NCBI GenBank assembly: GCA_905479295.1
Contig: CAJQLY010000006.1
Span: forward strand, 5,372 to 69,371
Length of the DNA stretch: 64,000 nt
Origin: an uncultured Gammaproteobacteria bacterium
Lineage (GTDB): Bacteria > Pseudomonadota > Gammaproteobacteria > UBA4575
Direction: 5' to 3'
Numbering within the stretch: position 1 is the stretch's first letter; the number at the start of each line of letters is the position of its first letter. Of this stretch, positions 21,561 through 33,798 are shown in pieces. The position numbers were made by a program, and so were the translations under genes. The notes under the pieces are model-generated. The model saw only the letters and a program-made list of their open reading frames with translations, made no database searches and was not told where the DNA came from.

Positions 21561-22319
21561 ATGGAAAATTTTATGACCGAACATACAACGACTAAGGTTG
21601 CCTTTTTAACAGGTGCTGCAAAACGTATCGGCGCCGAAACAGCACGCGTGCTACATGCAGCCGGTATGAATATCGTGTTACATCACAACTCCTCCGCCGC
21701 ATTAGCTGATGCCTTAGCTACAGAATTGAATGCTATCCGCGCCAATAGTGTGGTCACGATTGCCTTTGATCTAAAGCAGATTGAACGCCTACCCGACTTA
21801 GCAAAACAAGCGGCGGCGGCCTGGGGTCGGATCGACCTCTTAGTCAATAATGCCTCAACCTTCTATCCCACTGAGATGGAACAAATCGATCTCGAACAGT
21901 GGCATGATTTAATCGCCGTTAATCTACAAGCTCCTTTATTTCTAAGCCAAGCCTGTAGCCGTTTCTTACGCGATAACAATGGCTCTATCGTTAATATTGT
22001 CGACATCCACGGCGATCGTCCGTTAAAAGGTTACCCAATCTACTCCATTGCCAAGGCTGGATTAATCGCCATGACTAAATCTTTGGCACGTGAATTGGCA
22101 CCTGAGATACGCGTCAATGGCGTCGCACCAGGCGCAATCATGTGGCCAGAAGTGGAGGCCTATGGATCAGTACATCAGGAAATCGTTGAGCGCACCGCAC
22201 TAAAACGTGAAGGTCATCCACGTGATATCGCTAAAACCGTACAGTTTCTAAGTGATGGCCCAGATTACATTACTGGTCAAATTATCGCTGTCGACGGCGG
22301 CCGCACCTTGAGCAATTAA
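21561..22319 (+). CDS. pteridine reductase (SDR family, FolM/PTR1-like)
   Basis: The 252-aa SDR contains TGAAKRIG, NNAS, Y..AK and the C-terminal ITGQ.IAVDGG. It lies next to folK-folB. Confidence 0.75.
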   Translation: MENFMTEHTTTKVAFLTGAAKRIGAETARVLHAAGMNIVLHHNSSAALADALATELNAIRANSVVTIAFDLKQIERLPDLAKQAAAAWGRIDLLVNNASTFYPTEMEQIDLEQWHDLIAVNLQAPLFLSQACSRFLRDNNGSIVNIVDIHGDRPLKGYPIYSIAKAGLIAMTKSLARELAPEIRVNGVAPGAIMWPEVEAYGSVHQEIVERTALKREGHPRDIAKTVQFLSDGPDYITGQIIAVDGGRTLSN

Positions 22320-22348
22320 TCATCTTTTGATCAGCAGTGAGCCTGAAC

Positions 22349-22837
22349 CTAATTCAGGAAGACCTGATTTAAAGGCTCATATTTATCGGCCTGCTGTTGC
22401 CATAATGTACGAAAGGAGCAATCGCGCCCAGGACAGATCATGTCACCAGAAATATCTACTAAGGGCTTGAGTACAAAGGGATATTTTAAAATATCATCGT
22501 TCGGCACCTTGACTGTATCGGTGTTGATTTGCTGATCACCGTACAATAATTGATCTAAATCCAAGGTCCTCGGTACAAACTGGTTGGCACTAGTTCGACG
22601 GCGACCATGGGCTGCCTCCAATGCGCGTAAGTAGGCAAAGACTTCCTCTGGCTGCAGGTCCGTGTCAAAGGCGACAACTAAGTTATAAAAACTATCGCCA
22701 ACAAAGCCCACCGCCTCAGTTTCATACACTGGCGAGACCTGTAGGTTATCAAACCGCTCACTGAGCTCGAACAACACCTGATTGATGTGTAGGTGTTTAT
22801 CGATATTACTACCGACACCAACAAAAACCCTTATCAT
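22349..22837 (-). CDS. folK: 2-amino-4-hydroxy-6-hydroxymethyldihydropteridine diphosphokinase
   Basis: The 162-aa product contains VGSNI, S.VYET.AVG, RTLDLD.LLY and PHP-like motifs. Its start overlaps the folB stop by 4 nt. Confidence 0.9.
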   Translation of the reverse strand: MIRVFVGVGSNIDKHLHINQVLFELSERFDNLQVSPVYETEAVGFVGDSFYNLVVAFDTDLQPEEVFAYLRALEAAHGRRRTSANQFVPRTLDLDQLLYGDQQINTDTVKVPNDDILKYPFVLKPLVDISGDMICPGRDCSFRTLWQQQADKYEPLNQVFLN

Positions 22838-23193
22838 GAGGTCTTCTGCCCACGTTCAATCACTACACCAACAGCTGCAGAACCACGCACAGCGCCTGGT
22901 TTGGCGATCGAAATACGCAACCAAGGAATTTTGAATTCAGCCATGAGTGTTGTTGCAATCAATTCAATCAACAGCTCAACTAATTGTGGCTGACTTTCCT
23001 CGACTAAGACGCGAATACGCTGTGATACGGCCTTATAGTCGAGCGTATCTTCGATTCCATCGCTAGCTGCCGCCGCGCTAATATCCGTACCCATTTCTAA
23101 ATCAATACTGATACGTTGACGAATTTGTCGCTCCCAATCAAAAACACCGATCACTGCATCAATATTGAGTTCTTTTATAAATATTATGTCCAT
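22834..23193 (-). CDS. folB: dihydroneopterin aldolase
   Basis: The 119-aa product begins MDIIFIKEL...AVIGVFDWER..RQ and contains DYKAVS. Confidence 0.9.
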   Translation of the reverse strand: MDIIFIKELNIDAVIGVFDWERQIRQRISIDLEMGTDISAAAASDGIEDTLDYKAVSQRIRVLVEESQPQLVELLIELIATTLMAEFKIPWLRISIAKPGAVRGSAAVGVVIERGQKTS

Positions 23194-23328
23194 TTTTCTT
23201 ATTCTTCTTAGGTTCTATTAATAGTGCCACTTTATACGCCGTTTTGTTGCTAAAATGTTGTCTCTGCGGCAGCTTTCTGCTAACGTACGCCGCCCTAACA
23301 GAATAATATTGAACTGATTTAAACCATT

Positions 23329-23568
23329 ATGTCTAGAGTCTGCCAAGTAACAGGTAAACGACCTGTAGCGGGAAACAACGTTTCTCACGCTCACAACAAG
23401 ACACGTCGCTGGTTCTTACCGAACCTACATTCCCACCGTTTTTGGGTGGAAAGTGAAAAGCGCTGGGTCAAACTACGTGTATCCACAAAAGGTATGCGTA
23501 TTATCGATAAAAAAGGCATCGACACGGTACTTGCGGAAATTCGCGGTCGTGGCGAAGCAGTTAAGTAA
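23329..23568 (+). CDS. rpmB: 50S ribosomal protein L28
   Basis: The 79-aa product begins [27 protein letters not shown]. Confidence 0.98.
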   Translation: MSRVCQVTGKRPVAGNNVSHAHNKTRRWFLPNLHSHRFWVESEKRWVKLRVSTKGMRIIDKKGIDTVLAEIRGRGEAVK

Positions 23569-23579
23569 GGACCAGAACA

Positions 23580-23735
23580 ATGCGCGATAAAATTAAATTA
23601 GTCTCTAGTGCCGGTACCGGTCATTTCTACACTACGACCAAAAACAAACGTACTATGCCAGACAAATTAGAGATGAAGAAATTCGATCCTGTCATACGTC
23701 AACACGTGATGTACAAAGAAGCAAAGATCAAGTAA
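23580..23735 (+). CDS. rpmG: 50S ribosomal protein L33
   Basis: This ORF is below the track's size cutoff, so I translated it myself: [51 protein letters not shown]. It lies 11 nt after rpmB. Confidence 0.97.
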   Translation: MRDKIKLVSSAGTGHFYTTTKNKRTMPDKLEMKKFDPVIRQHVMYKEAKIK

Positions 23736-23740
23736 TTCGC

Positions 23741-24940
23741 TTACTTCGCGTAGTTATATACAGGCTGCAATCGATAGCCTCTTAACGACTGCGCGAAATC
23801 TTGCAGTATCTCTATTCCGGTCTGTTCGGCCATTTGGCACCACTCTGCCAAAGCATGTAATAAACCCTCATTATTCTCATAACGTTGTCGCCATAATTGC
23901 TTCAACTGTTGCTGGCACTCATAAACCACACGCAACTGCTCACTATCAGCCAATACTTGATTAAGCTCATATAACTTAGCGTGACTAACTTGATCGGGCT
24001 CTAATATTAAGGTCTTTTTGATACGACTGAGTGCACGCTTATACACATTATCAGCCAATTGCATCTCCTTACGCAGTATTGGCAAAGTGACTTTATGTGC
24101 ATAATCCGCCATCAAATGTAGCCGGCTAGATACCATCGCACTGACAGCCTCTATGTCTAAAGCAGTAAAGCCATGCGTGCTGGCTAATGGACGTGGCGCA
24201 ACCTTACGCACGGAGGCCAAACCAACACTCTTCAGCAGCCAGATGTAACCCCAACCCAGGTCAAACTCCCACGGCCGAATGGAAAACTTAGCAGAGCTCG
24301 GATAGGCATGATGATTATTATGTAGTTCCTCACCACCAACAACAAAGGCGACATTCGTTAAATTAGTTGCAGCATCATCGGTCTCAAAATTACGATAGCC
24401 CCAATAGTGCCCCACACCGTTGATGAATCCAGCAGCAAAAATCGGGATCCATATCATCTGAATCGCCCAATAAGTCAGCCCCATAGAACCAAATAACGCA
24501 ACAAATGTAATAAGTAGAATAATGATGCCTAAATTTGAATAGCGCGAGTAAACATAACGCTCGATAAAATCATTTGGTGTGCCATGGCCATATTCGCGAC
24601 TAATCTCAGGGTCACGTGCAGCACGCGCATAGAGCTCTGCGCCTTGTGACATCACCTGCCAAATACCTAGCACCTGTGGGCTATGTGGGTCTTCATCGGT
24701 CTCAGTTTTAGCATGATGCTTACGATGCACTGCCACCCATTGTCGCGTCACCATAGCGGTAGTCAACCACAACCATAGGCGGAAGACATGACTGATAAGG
24801 GGGTGAAGATCGACTGCACGATGCGCCTGACAACGATGCAGATAGAGCGTCACTGAAACAATCGTGAGGTGGGTACTTGCCAGGACAAAGAGGCCTTCTT
24901 GCCACAGAGCCCATTCGAGCAATCCGTTTAAAAGCTGCAT
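23741..24940 (-). CDS. membrane fatty-acid (acyl-CoA/acyl-lipid delta-9 type) desaturase
   Basis: The three His boxes are present: HRCQAH.., HRKHHAKTETDEDPHSP and HNNHHAYPSSAKF. It has TM hairpins and a ~130-aa helical C-terminal extension. Size and layout resemble Pseudomonas DesA-type enzymes. Confidence 0.85.
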   Translation of the reverse strand: MQLLNGLLEWALWQEGLFVLASTHLTIVSVTLYLHRCQAHRAVDLHPLISHVFRLWLWLTTAMVTRQWVAVHRKHHAKTETDEDPHSPQVLGIWQVMSQGAELYARAARDPEISREYGHGTPNDFIERYVYSRYSNLGIIILLITFVALFGSMGLTYWAIQMIWIPIFAAGFINGVGHYWGYRNFETDDAATNLTNVAFVVGGEELHNNHHAYPSSAKFSIRPWEFDLGWGYIWLLKSVGLASVRKVAPRPLASTHGFTALDIEAVSAMVSSRLHLMADYAHKVTLPILRKEMQLADNVYKRALSRIKKTLILEPDQVSHAKLYELNQVLADSEQLRVVYECQQQLKQLWRQRYENNEGLLHALAEWCQMAEQTGIEILQDFAQSLRGYRLQPVYNYAK

Positions 24941-25167
24941 TTAGAAATCCATTCTAATAAGAATGCTGATGATACTTAGGCCGGGCAGCCCCCGCAAGCA
25001 AGCGACCAGTGCAAGCAGAGATTAGTCGGTAAAACAATGGATCTCAATGTATAGATATGAATTTGAACAAAGGTTATCTCGGCACGTGAAAATGATACTA
25101 TCAGTAGTCTGCCAGCAAGGTTTCAGTAGACCGCAGACAGAAGCGATAGGAAGACCTAAGATCAAGC

Positions 25168-26169
25168 ATGCAACGGCACATTCTGCCAAATCATAGCGAC
25201 ATGGATACTAAACAAAAGCAACTACACCTCAGTACGAGCAGCAGCAATGACCAGTCTGGCTTTAGACTCTGTTATGGCAATCAACCGTCTACCAATAGTG
25301 ACTTATTGATCCCACTGCAGAACTTACAAGAAAGCATGCCCTCCTATGATCAATGGCAGGGACTAATGCCTTTAGCCGTTGAACCATCTGCATCTGTCTT
25401 CCACAACGACGACTATTTACTAGCCGTTATAGCGAGCAGTGACCTGCAGACAGATGACATGTCTGCTAGCAGCTATACTGCTTATAGCCGCATCTTTCAG
25501 CTAATGCAAAAACATGGTTATCCGCAGCTACTACGCACCTGGAGTTATTTCCCCAACATCACTGAAGGTGATCAGATCGATGCCTATCAACAGTTTTGCT
25601 CGGGCCGAAGCCAGGCTTATCAAGAATATGCCTTCAACTCCAATGAACCTGAGTATCCAGCAGCCACTGTCATAGGTCATCACGCCACTGGCTTTCAACT
25701 CTATTTTATAGCGGCTAAACAGGCAGGCATCAGCATACAGAACCCACGCCAAGTTAACGCCTTTAATTACCCAGCAAGCTATAGTAAAGATGCACCTCTA
25801 TTTGCTCGAGCACTATTACATACCACTGCAACACAGCATGTTTTATTTATCTCAGGTACAGCAAGTATCACTGGCCACGAAACCCAACATCAAGACCAAG
25901 CTTTAGCACAACTACAAGAATGTCTGTGCAATATCGAACAATTATTGATAACTGCTGAACAACATCATTTCCCAAAAACTGCATTAGAAAATATGCTGCA
26001 GCTTAAGGTCTATATTAAACATGCTGAAGACTATGCTGAATTGCGAGCCGCACTGGCCACTCGCCTAGGTGCCCTAGAACATGTCCAATTCTTTCATGCT
26101 GATATGTGTCGTCGTGATCTGTTGGTAGAAATTGAAGCGATAGCTATACAGCCTGTGTGTACAACTTAA
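25168..26169 (+). CDS. chorismate-utilising enzyme of the FkbO/Hyg5/XanB2 (chorismatase) family with YjgF/RidA-like C-terminal fold
   Basis: The 333-aa product contains LLRTWSYFPNI......D.YQQFC.GR, PAATVIGH and NPRQV.AF.YP..Y....P.FARA. This is followed by LFISGTASI.GHET.H...L.AQL.E.L.NI..L. I recognise this pattern from memory as the FkbO/Hyg5 family, and I ran no search. The start could be the internal ATG (MDTKQ..). Confidence 0.6.
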   Translation: MQRHILPNHSDMDTKQKQLHLSTSSSNDQSGFRLCYGNQPSTNSDLLIPLQNLQESMPSYDQWQGLMPLAVEPSASVFHNDDYLLAVIASSDLQTDDMSASSYTAYSRIFQLMQKHGYPQLLRTWSYFPNITEGDQIDAYQQFCSGRSQAYQEYAFNSNEPEYPAATVIGHHATGFQLYFIAAKQAGISIQNPRQVNAFNYPASYSKDAPLFARALLHTTATQHVLFISGTASITGHETQHQDQALAQLQECLCNIEQLLITAEQHHFPKTALENMLQLKVYIKHAEDYAELRAALATRLGALEHVQFFHADMCRRDLLVEIEAIAIQPVCTT

Positions 26170-26172
26170 ACC

Positions 26173-26985
26173 ATGCCAGAACTACCTGAGGTCGAAACAA
26201 CCAAACGTGGCATAGAGCATCACGTCACTGAGGCTACCGTCCTCGGCGTGATTGCACATAGCCCTAAACTACGCTGGCCAATCCCACAGAATTTAGCTGA
26301 GCTACTTGTAGGTCAGCGTATTGAATCAGTTAGTCGACGCGCTAAATATCTTTTGTTTAATACCGCCAAAGGTTGCTTAATTATTCATCTTGGCATGTCT
26401 GGCAGCCTGCGCATTGCACCCTCGAACAGCCAAGCTAAAGCACATGATCGCTTTGAACTTATCCTGAGTAGTGGCATCCTACGCCTACGTGATCCAAGAA
26501 AATTTGGTGCTGTACTCTGGACTGAGGAGCCTATTGAACAACATCGCTTAATTGCACCTTTAGGCCCTGAACCATTCGCAGCAGAATGTAGTGCCGATTA
26601 TTTGTTTCAACGTTCACGTGGCCGTAACGCCAGCATTAAAGAATTTATTATGAATTCCCACATCATAGTTGGAGTTGGCAATATCTATGCTGCTGAATCT
26701 TTATTTGCAGCGGGCATCCATCCAAAGCGTGCTGCAGGCCGCATCTCAAAAAAACGCTATGCCACCTTAATAGAGCATATTCAACGAATCTTAAAAAAGG
26801 CGATCGCACAGGGCGGCACTAGTCTACGAGACTTCGTCAACGAAGAAGGTAAGCCAGGTTACTTTAGTCAGGAACTACAGGTATACGGACGCGCAGGTGA
26901 GGCTTGCGTAAAGTGCCAGAGCGTTCTACTCAATCTACGTATTGGCCAACGTAGTAGTGCTTATTGTCCAAAATGCCAGCGCTAA
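26173..26985 (+). CDS. mutM: formamidopyrimidine-DNA glycosylase
   Basis: The product begins MPELPEVET, has the H2TH region and ends in the C-terminal zinc finger C.KC......GQRSS.YCPKCQ. Confidence 0.97.
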   Translation: MPELPEVETTKRGIEHHVTEATVLGVIAHSPKLRWPIPQNLAELLVGQRIESVSRRAKYLLFNTAKGCLIIHLGMSGSLRIAPSNSQAKAHDRFELILSSGILRLRDPRKFGAVLWTEEPIEQHRLIAPLGPEPFAAECSADYLFQRSRGRNASIKEFIMNSHIIVGVGNIYAAESLFAAGIHPKRAAGRISKKRYATLIEHIQRILKKAIAQGGTSLRDFVNEEGKPGYFSQELQVYGRAGEACVKCQSVLLNLRIGQRSSAYCPKCQR

Positions 26986-26997
26986 TAGCGAACACCG

Positions 26998-28658
26998 TTA
27001 ATCAAAAACTAGCGCAGAACCATACCCTCTAGGATCCGCCGCTGCCTTTACCTTACCACTAGGTAAGAGCCATTCAATGCCGTGCATATCACCATAACTA
27101 CGCTTCAGCTCTCTCAGCTTATGCCCCTTTGTAGCCAGTTTATTTTGCTCTAGTGTACTTAGTGCACCCAGTTCAAATTGAATCTCATCAGGTAGATATT
27201 GATGATGGAAACGACGACCGGCAACAATATCAGCTACTGATAGGCCTTGTGAAAAACGTAGTGCTGCTAATGTCAGCATACTAATAATACGACTACCACC
27301 CGGCGTACCAATAATCAGTAAGCGGTCCTGATCACGTATAAACAAGGGTGTCATGCTAGAGAGCATACGCTTACCTGGTTGAATCTCATTGGCTACACCA
27401 CCAACCAAACCCCAGACGTTAGCTTGGTTCGGTGCCAGCGCAAAATCATCCATTTCATCGTTAAGCAAAACACCTGTCCCTTCAGCAACAAAGCCGCTAC
27501 CAAAGGGATAATTGATCGACAAGGTGGCTGCCACATAATTACCTTCACCATCTAAGATTGAAAAATGCGTAGTATCTTCACCTTTGTCTGCTGCAGAATT
27601 TTCTAGATCACTACTCAGACTTGCTTGCTCTGGATTAAAATCTGAAAACTTTTCCTTTGCGTACTCCACTGCTAGCAGCTTCTCTATAGGCACTTGAGTA
27701 AATGCTGGATCACCCATGTATATTGCTCGATCACGATAGGCACGTCGCATTGCCTCAACCACAAGGTGGATACTTTCTGCATCATCTGTTGAAGGCACTG
27801 CCTCCTGTTCCAACATTGCTAATATCTGTGATATGACTAAACCACCTGAAGTTGGTAACGGCGGCAACACTAATTGTATATCTTTATATTCAGCTCGCAG
27901 TGGTTTGCGAATCAGTACTTGGTATTGCTTTAAATCATCCAACTGCCAAATACCACCCGCTGCTTTCACCGCCTTCACCAAACGCTGTGCTGTTTCACCA
28001 CGATAAAAGTCATCGGCTCCTAAATCGGCAATGCGACTGAGCGTAGCGGCAAGATCATGTTGCATGATCTTGCCTCCAGCCTGCATCGCCTTTGATGAGA
28101 AAATATGAGCAGCAGCTGGATTCAGAAACGGTTGACGCATCTTCAGATATTTGAGGTAGCGCGCATGAGGCACAAACCCCTCTTTAGCCAAAACAACTGC
28201 AGGCAGTACTAATTGTTGCCAAGGCAATCGGCCATAGCGCTGACTGATCAACTCTAATGCCGCAAGCATGCCAGGGATACCTGCTGCACGTGGACCATTG
28301 ACTGAATCTCTACTGATACTACCATCAGCATTACGATAGAGATTAGGGTGTGCCGCCAATGGAGCTACTTCACGCCCATCGATCATCACATCTTGCTCAC
28401 CCACTGCACTATGCAATAACCAAAAGCCACCACCACCTAAACCACTGCCATAAGGCTCAACTACAGCTAAAGCAAGACTGACTGCAACTGCTGCATCAAA
28501 GGCATTACCACCAGCCGCAATGATTTCTTTACCAACCTGACTAGCAAGCGGATGGGCCGTCACTACAGCCGCTTTTATATTTCCCTTATTAACGTGATCA
28601 ATTGCCTGAGCATGGCCCATCATCAGCAAAAGCAAAATAAAGATACTACGCCGTAGCA

Positions 28659-28659
<1 letters not shown>
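26998..28659 (-). CDS. ggt: gamma-glutamyltransferase
   Basis: The 553-aa product has a signal peptide, GGNA.DAAVA, GLGGGGF, the autoprocessing site TTHFSI and GTPGGSRI. Its ATG overlaps the ferredoxin stop (TAATG). Confidence 0.92.
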
Positions 28660-30018
<1,359 letters not shown>

Positions 30019-30038
<20 letters not shown>

Positions 30039-31353
30039 TACCAACAATAACCGTCACTAGAGAGTCTAAGTCTATATGTTTACGAAAGGCTTGACGCACA
30101 TCTTTAACACTCACAGCTTCAATTTTTGCACTAAAGTCTGCCAAATAACTGAGTGGTAATTGGTAATAGCCAATCATAGAAAGATAACCTAAGACGTCTC
30201 GATTGCTATCAATACGCAATGGGAAACCACTAATAATATTACGCTTACTTAACTCTAACTCTGCCTCACTAGGGCCTTCTGATTGATACTTATCTAATAC
30301 ATCTAAACATACTTGTAATGCCTGCTGCGCTTGATCAGCACGTGTTTGCAAACCAATCATAAAAGGACCTGGCTGCTGTAATGGCATAAAGTAACTATAG
30401 ACGCTGTAAGACAGGCCACGCTTACTACGAACTTCTTCCACCAAACGTGAGGTAAAGCCACCACCGCCTAAAACATGGTTCCCAACATACAAAGAGAAAT
30501 AATCTGGATCACCACGCGCAACACCTAGCTGACCAATACGCACATGTGCCTGCTGCGAAGGGAAAACAATATGTTCCTGTTTTGATTTAGGCGTTGAGTC
30601 AGCTACCAACATATCTTTTGGTGTAGGCTGACCACTAGCCAATGCCTGACTAATATTTGTAGCGAGTTGTTCTGCTTGATCACGAGTGAGATCACCGACT
30701 ATGGCAACAACTGCCGTGTTAGCTATAAAGTATTGTTGGTAAAAATCCTCAATGTCTGAGCGTTGAATCGTTTGCACTGATTCTGCTGAACCCTGACCAG
30801 ACTGAGCATACGGATGTTTCTCATAGATCGCCGTATAAAAGGCTTTACTAATAATATCGCTAGGATTTTGTTGGCCATTCTGTATCGCAATCAGTAAACG
30901 ATTCTTTTCGCGCTCAAAATCACGCTGCGGGAAACTAGGCTTTGCAATCACTTTAAGCAAGGTATCAACTGCAGACTGGAACAGCGTTTCATCTGACAAA
31001 CTACGCAGCGTAATCATCGAGCGATCCAAGCTGACACTGGCGCCATACTGCGCCCCTACATCTTCAAAGCGTGCCGCAATAGCATCGGCATCCATATTGG
31101 CTGCGCCCTTATCTAACAGACTATGCGTTAGAGTAGACAAGCCTGCTAAAGAACCATCACGCTCACTGCCTGCATCTAAGCTAATCGCCACATCGACCAT
31201 AGCCAACTCATCTGAGGGTGCAAAATAGACACGTGTGCCATCGTCTGTAGTCCATGATTGAATCTGCGGCAAGGCTGATGCGCTCTGCCATAAAATCAAG
31301 GTACTCGCTAAAACCCCTAGCCATACTTTCATCTTTCTACTCCTATTAGTCAT
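30019..31353 (-). CDS. M16-family (pitrilysin-like) peptidase, non-catalytic-type subunit
   Basis: The 444-aa product has a signal peptide (MKVWLGVLASTLILWQSASA) and the M16 fold, but I saw no HxxEH motif. It is paired with the upstream HxxEH-bearing paralogue, as in the Pseudomonas pair upstream of ftsY. Confidence 0.8.
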
Positions 31354-31356
31354 CGC

Positions 31357-32709
31357 TTAGCGCTCATTCTTAGCAAGCTCTGACTGCTCACCGACCGGGG
31401 TTAATACAGCGATTGTTTGTTTGTCGCTGATTAAATATTTTCGCGCCACTGCACGTACCGCATCGGCGTCAACTTTATTAATTTCACGACTATAGTGCTG
31501 CATGCTCTGCCAACCTAAACCCACCGTCTCTAAGGAACCTAGGATATAAGCTTGACGCTGAACTGAATCTAACTGATAGGTTTCACTTGCAACCACCTGC
31601 GCCTTCACTCGTTGCAGCTCTGCCACACTGACTAATTCATTTTTCAACTGCTCGATTTGCGCTTCTATAGCTGCTTGTAGTTGATCAACGCTAGTACCTG
31701 AACGTGGTGTACCATCAAATAAGAACAACGAGTCTTGTGCCGCATATAAGCTGTAGCCTGCACCTGAACTAGCAGCAATCTCCTGCTCACGAACTAGATA
31801 CTTGCTCAAGCGTGAACTGCGACCACCATCTAAAATTCCAGCCAGCACGGCTAAAGCATAGGCTTCAGATCGATCCTCGATGGTATTTAATACTGGCACC
31901 TTATAACCCATCAATAAGTAAGGTAGTCTGGCCACCGCTTTAATCTCAACCCGGCGCTGCCCTACTTGCGGCGCTTCAATACGTGGCTTGTGATAGTTCA
32001 CTTCGCGCGCAGGCAACTGACCATAGTATTGCTCGGCCAAACTAAAGACCTGCTTAGGATCAACATCACCCACTACCACCAAGGTCGCATTATTCGGGGC
32101 GTAATAGCGTTGATACCAAAGACTTAAATCCTCAACCTGCATATTATCCAAGTCGTCCATCCAACCCACAATCGGATTGTGATAAGCGCTACTATTAAAC
32201 GCTGTAGCCATAAACTGTTCATAGGTCAATGCATTTGGATTGTCTTCAGTACGCAGACGGCGCTCTTCTTTAACAACTTCAATTTCTTTTGCAAACTCTG
32301 CCGCGTCTAATGTTAGATGCGCCATGCGATCAGATTCCAATTGAAAACTGATCTCTAAATGTGACACCGCCATGACCTGAAAGTAGGCGGTATAATCTTT
32401 TCCTGTAAAGGCATTATCACGCGCACCCACTCTAGCCAAAATTTCAGAGAATTGGCCGGCAGGATAACTTGGTGTGCCCTTGAACATCATGTGCTCAAGG
32501 ATGTGTGAGACTCCGGTGATACCACCGTATTCTTGCGCCGAACCTACTTTATACCAAACCTGTGATGTCACTACCGGTGCCCTATGGTCTTCTTTCACAA
32601 TAACCTTGAGACCATTGTCTAAGATATGAGTAGAGACTTGAGCCGTCGCATTAGCGATCGACAAAACAGCAATCAAAGCAACATTTGCTGCTACAATAAA
32701 TTTCATCAT
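31357..32709 (-). CDS. M16-family zinc peptidase (HxxEH active-site subunit)
   Basis: The zinc motif HILEHMMFKG and a downstream E are present. The signal peptide MMKFIVAANVALIAVLSIANA argues for a start at 32709 or 32706. The track ORF extends to 32784. Confidence 0.85.
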   Translation of the reverse strand: MMKFIVAANVALIAVLSIANATAQVSTHILDNGLKVIVKEDHRAPVVTSQVWYKVGSAQEYGGITGVSHILEHMMFKGTPSYPAGQFSEILARVGARDNAFTGKDYTAYFQVMAVSHLEISFQLESDRMAHLTLDAAEFAKEIEVVKEERRLRTEDNPNALTYEQFMATAFNSSAYHNPIVGWMDDLDNMQVEDLSLWYQRYYAPNNATLVVVGDVDPKQVFSLAEQYYGQLPAREVNYHKPRIEAPQVGQRRVEIKAVARLPYLLMGYKVPVLNTIEDRSEAYALAVLAGILDGGRSSRLSKYLVREQEIAASSGAGYSLYAAQDSLFLFDGTPRSGTSVDQLQAAIEAQIEQLKNELVSVAELQRVKAQVVASETYQLDSVQRQAYILGSLETVGLGWQSMQHYSREINKVDADAVRAVARKYLISDKQTIAVLTPVGEQSELAKNER

Positions 32710-32825
32710 TATTATGTACCTAATGAGATCATTTTTAATAGAATTGAACGTAGGTAGACCGTATGCCGGCATCCAAGTTCGCACATTAGAATAGCATTAT
32801 CAAACCGCCCTACCAGTAACTGTAT

Positions 32826-33764
32826 ATGACCGACCGTAGCTTATTTAACCGATTAAAATCAGGCCTCGCTAAAACGCGTGACTTGCTAAGCCCTAGCTTA
32901 TCTAATCAGAAGACCACTGAACTCGAACTCAGCGACGAACTATTAGAAGATTTTGAAGAAAGACTGTTAATGGCCGACGTCGGCATTGAACTTGTGCAAA
33001 CTTTAATCAATCAACTCAAATTAGACGTAGCCAAAGCAAAACAAGAGCGTTTACCAACAACTGTCTCTGCCTTATTTAAGAAACTGATAGTCGCTCTACT
33101 AGAACCTTGTAATCAAGCCATCATACTTGGCGACAATAAGCCCTTTGCCATCTTAGTGGTAGGTGTCAATGGTGCTGGCAAAACCACTACTATTGGTAAG
33201 CTGGCCAGACGTCTTAAACGTAATCGCAAACAGGTCATGCTGGCAGCAGGCGATACCTTTCGCGCCGCTGCAGTTGAGCAATTAGTCACCTGGGGTGAAC
33301 GTAATGACGTTTCTGTCGTTGCACAAGCCACTGGTGCTGATAGTGCCGCAGTCATATTTGATGCATTAGAATCAGCCAAGGCACGTAATATTGATGTCTT
33401 GATTGCCGATACAGCAGGCCGATTACACACACAAAATGACCTCATGACCGAATTACAGAAGGTCAAACGTGTGATGCAAAAGGTAGATCCTGCCGCACCT
33501 CATGAAACCTTATTGGTGATCGATGCAAGCATGGGGCAGAATGCCCTTAAGCAGGCACAAGAATTTCACCGAAGCATGCAATTGACAGGGCTTTGTATCA
33601 CCAAGCTGGATGGCACCGCTAAAGGGGGTGTCGTCTTATCAATTGCCGATCAGCTCGGACTACCGATACGTTATATTGGGGTTGGTGAAGCGATAGAAGA
33701 TCTACAAGTTTTTGACGCCGTACAGTTTGCCGATGCCTTATTGGGACTTGAACCAGACACTTAA
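32826..33764 (+). CDS. ftsY: signal recognition particle receptor FtsY
   Basis: The 312-aa product contains the SRP GTPase motifs GVNGAGKTTTIGKLA, DTAGRL, TKLDGTAKGG and IGVGE..DL. This is a short form without the long acidic A-domain. Confidence 0.96.
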   Translation: MTDRSLFNRLKSGLAKTRDLLSPSLSNQKTTELELSDELLEDFEERLLMADVGIELVQTLINQLKLDVAKAKQERLPTTVSALFKKLIVALLEPCNQAIILGDNKPFAILVVGVNGAGKTTTIGKLARRLKRNRKQVMLAAGDTFRAAAVEQLVTWGERNDVSVVAQATGADSAAVIFDALESAKARNIDVLIADTAGRLHTQNDLMTELQKVKRVMQKVDPAAPHETLLVIDASMGQNALKQAQEFHRSMQLTGLCITKLDGTAKGGVVLSIADQLGLPIRYIGVGEAIEDLQVFDAVQFADALLGLEPDT

Positions 33765-33798
33765 GCTACAGCATAACTTTAGAGACCAAGGTTAACTT

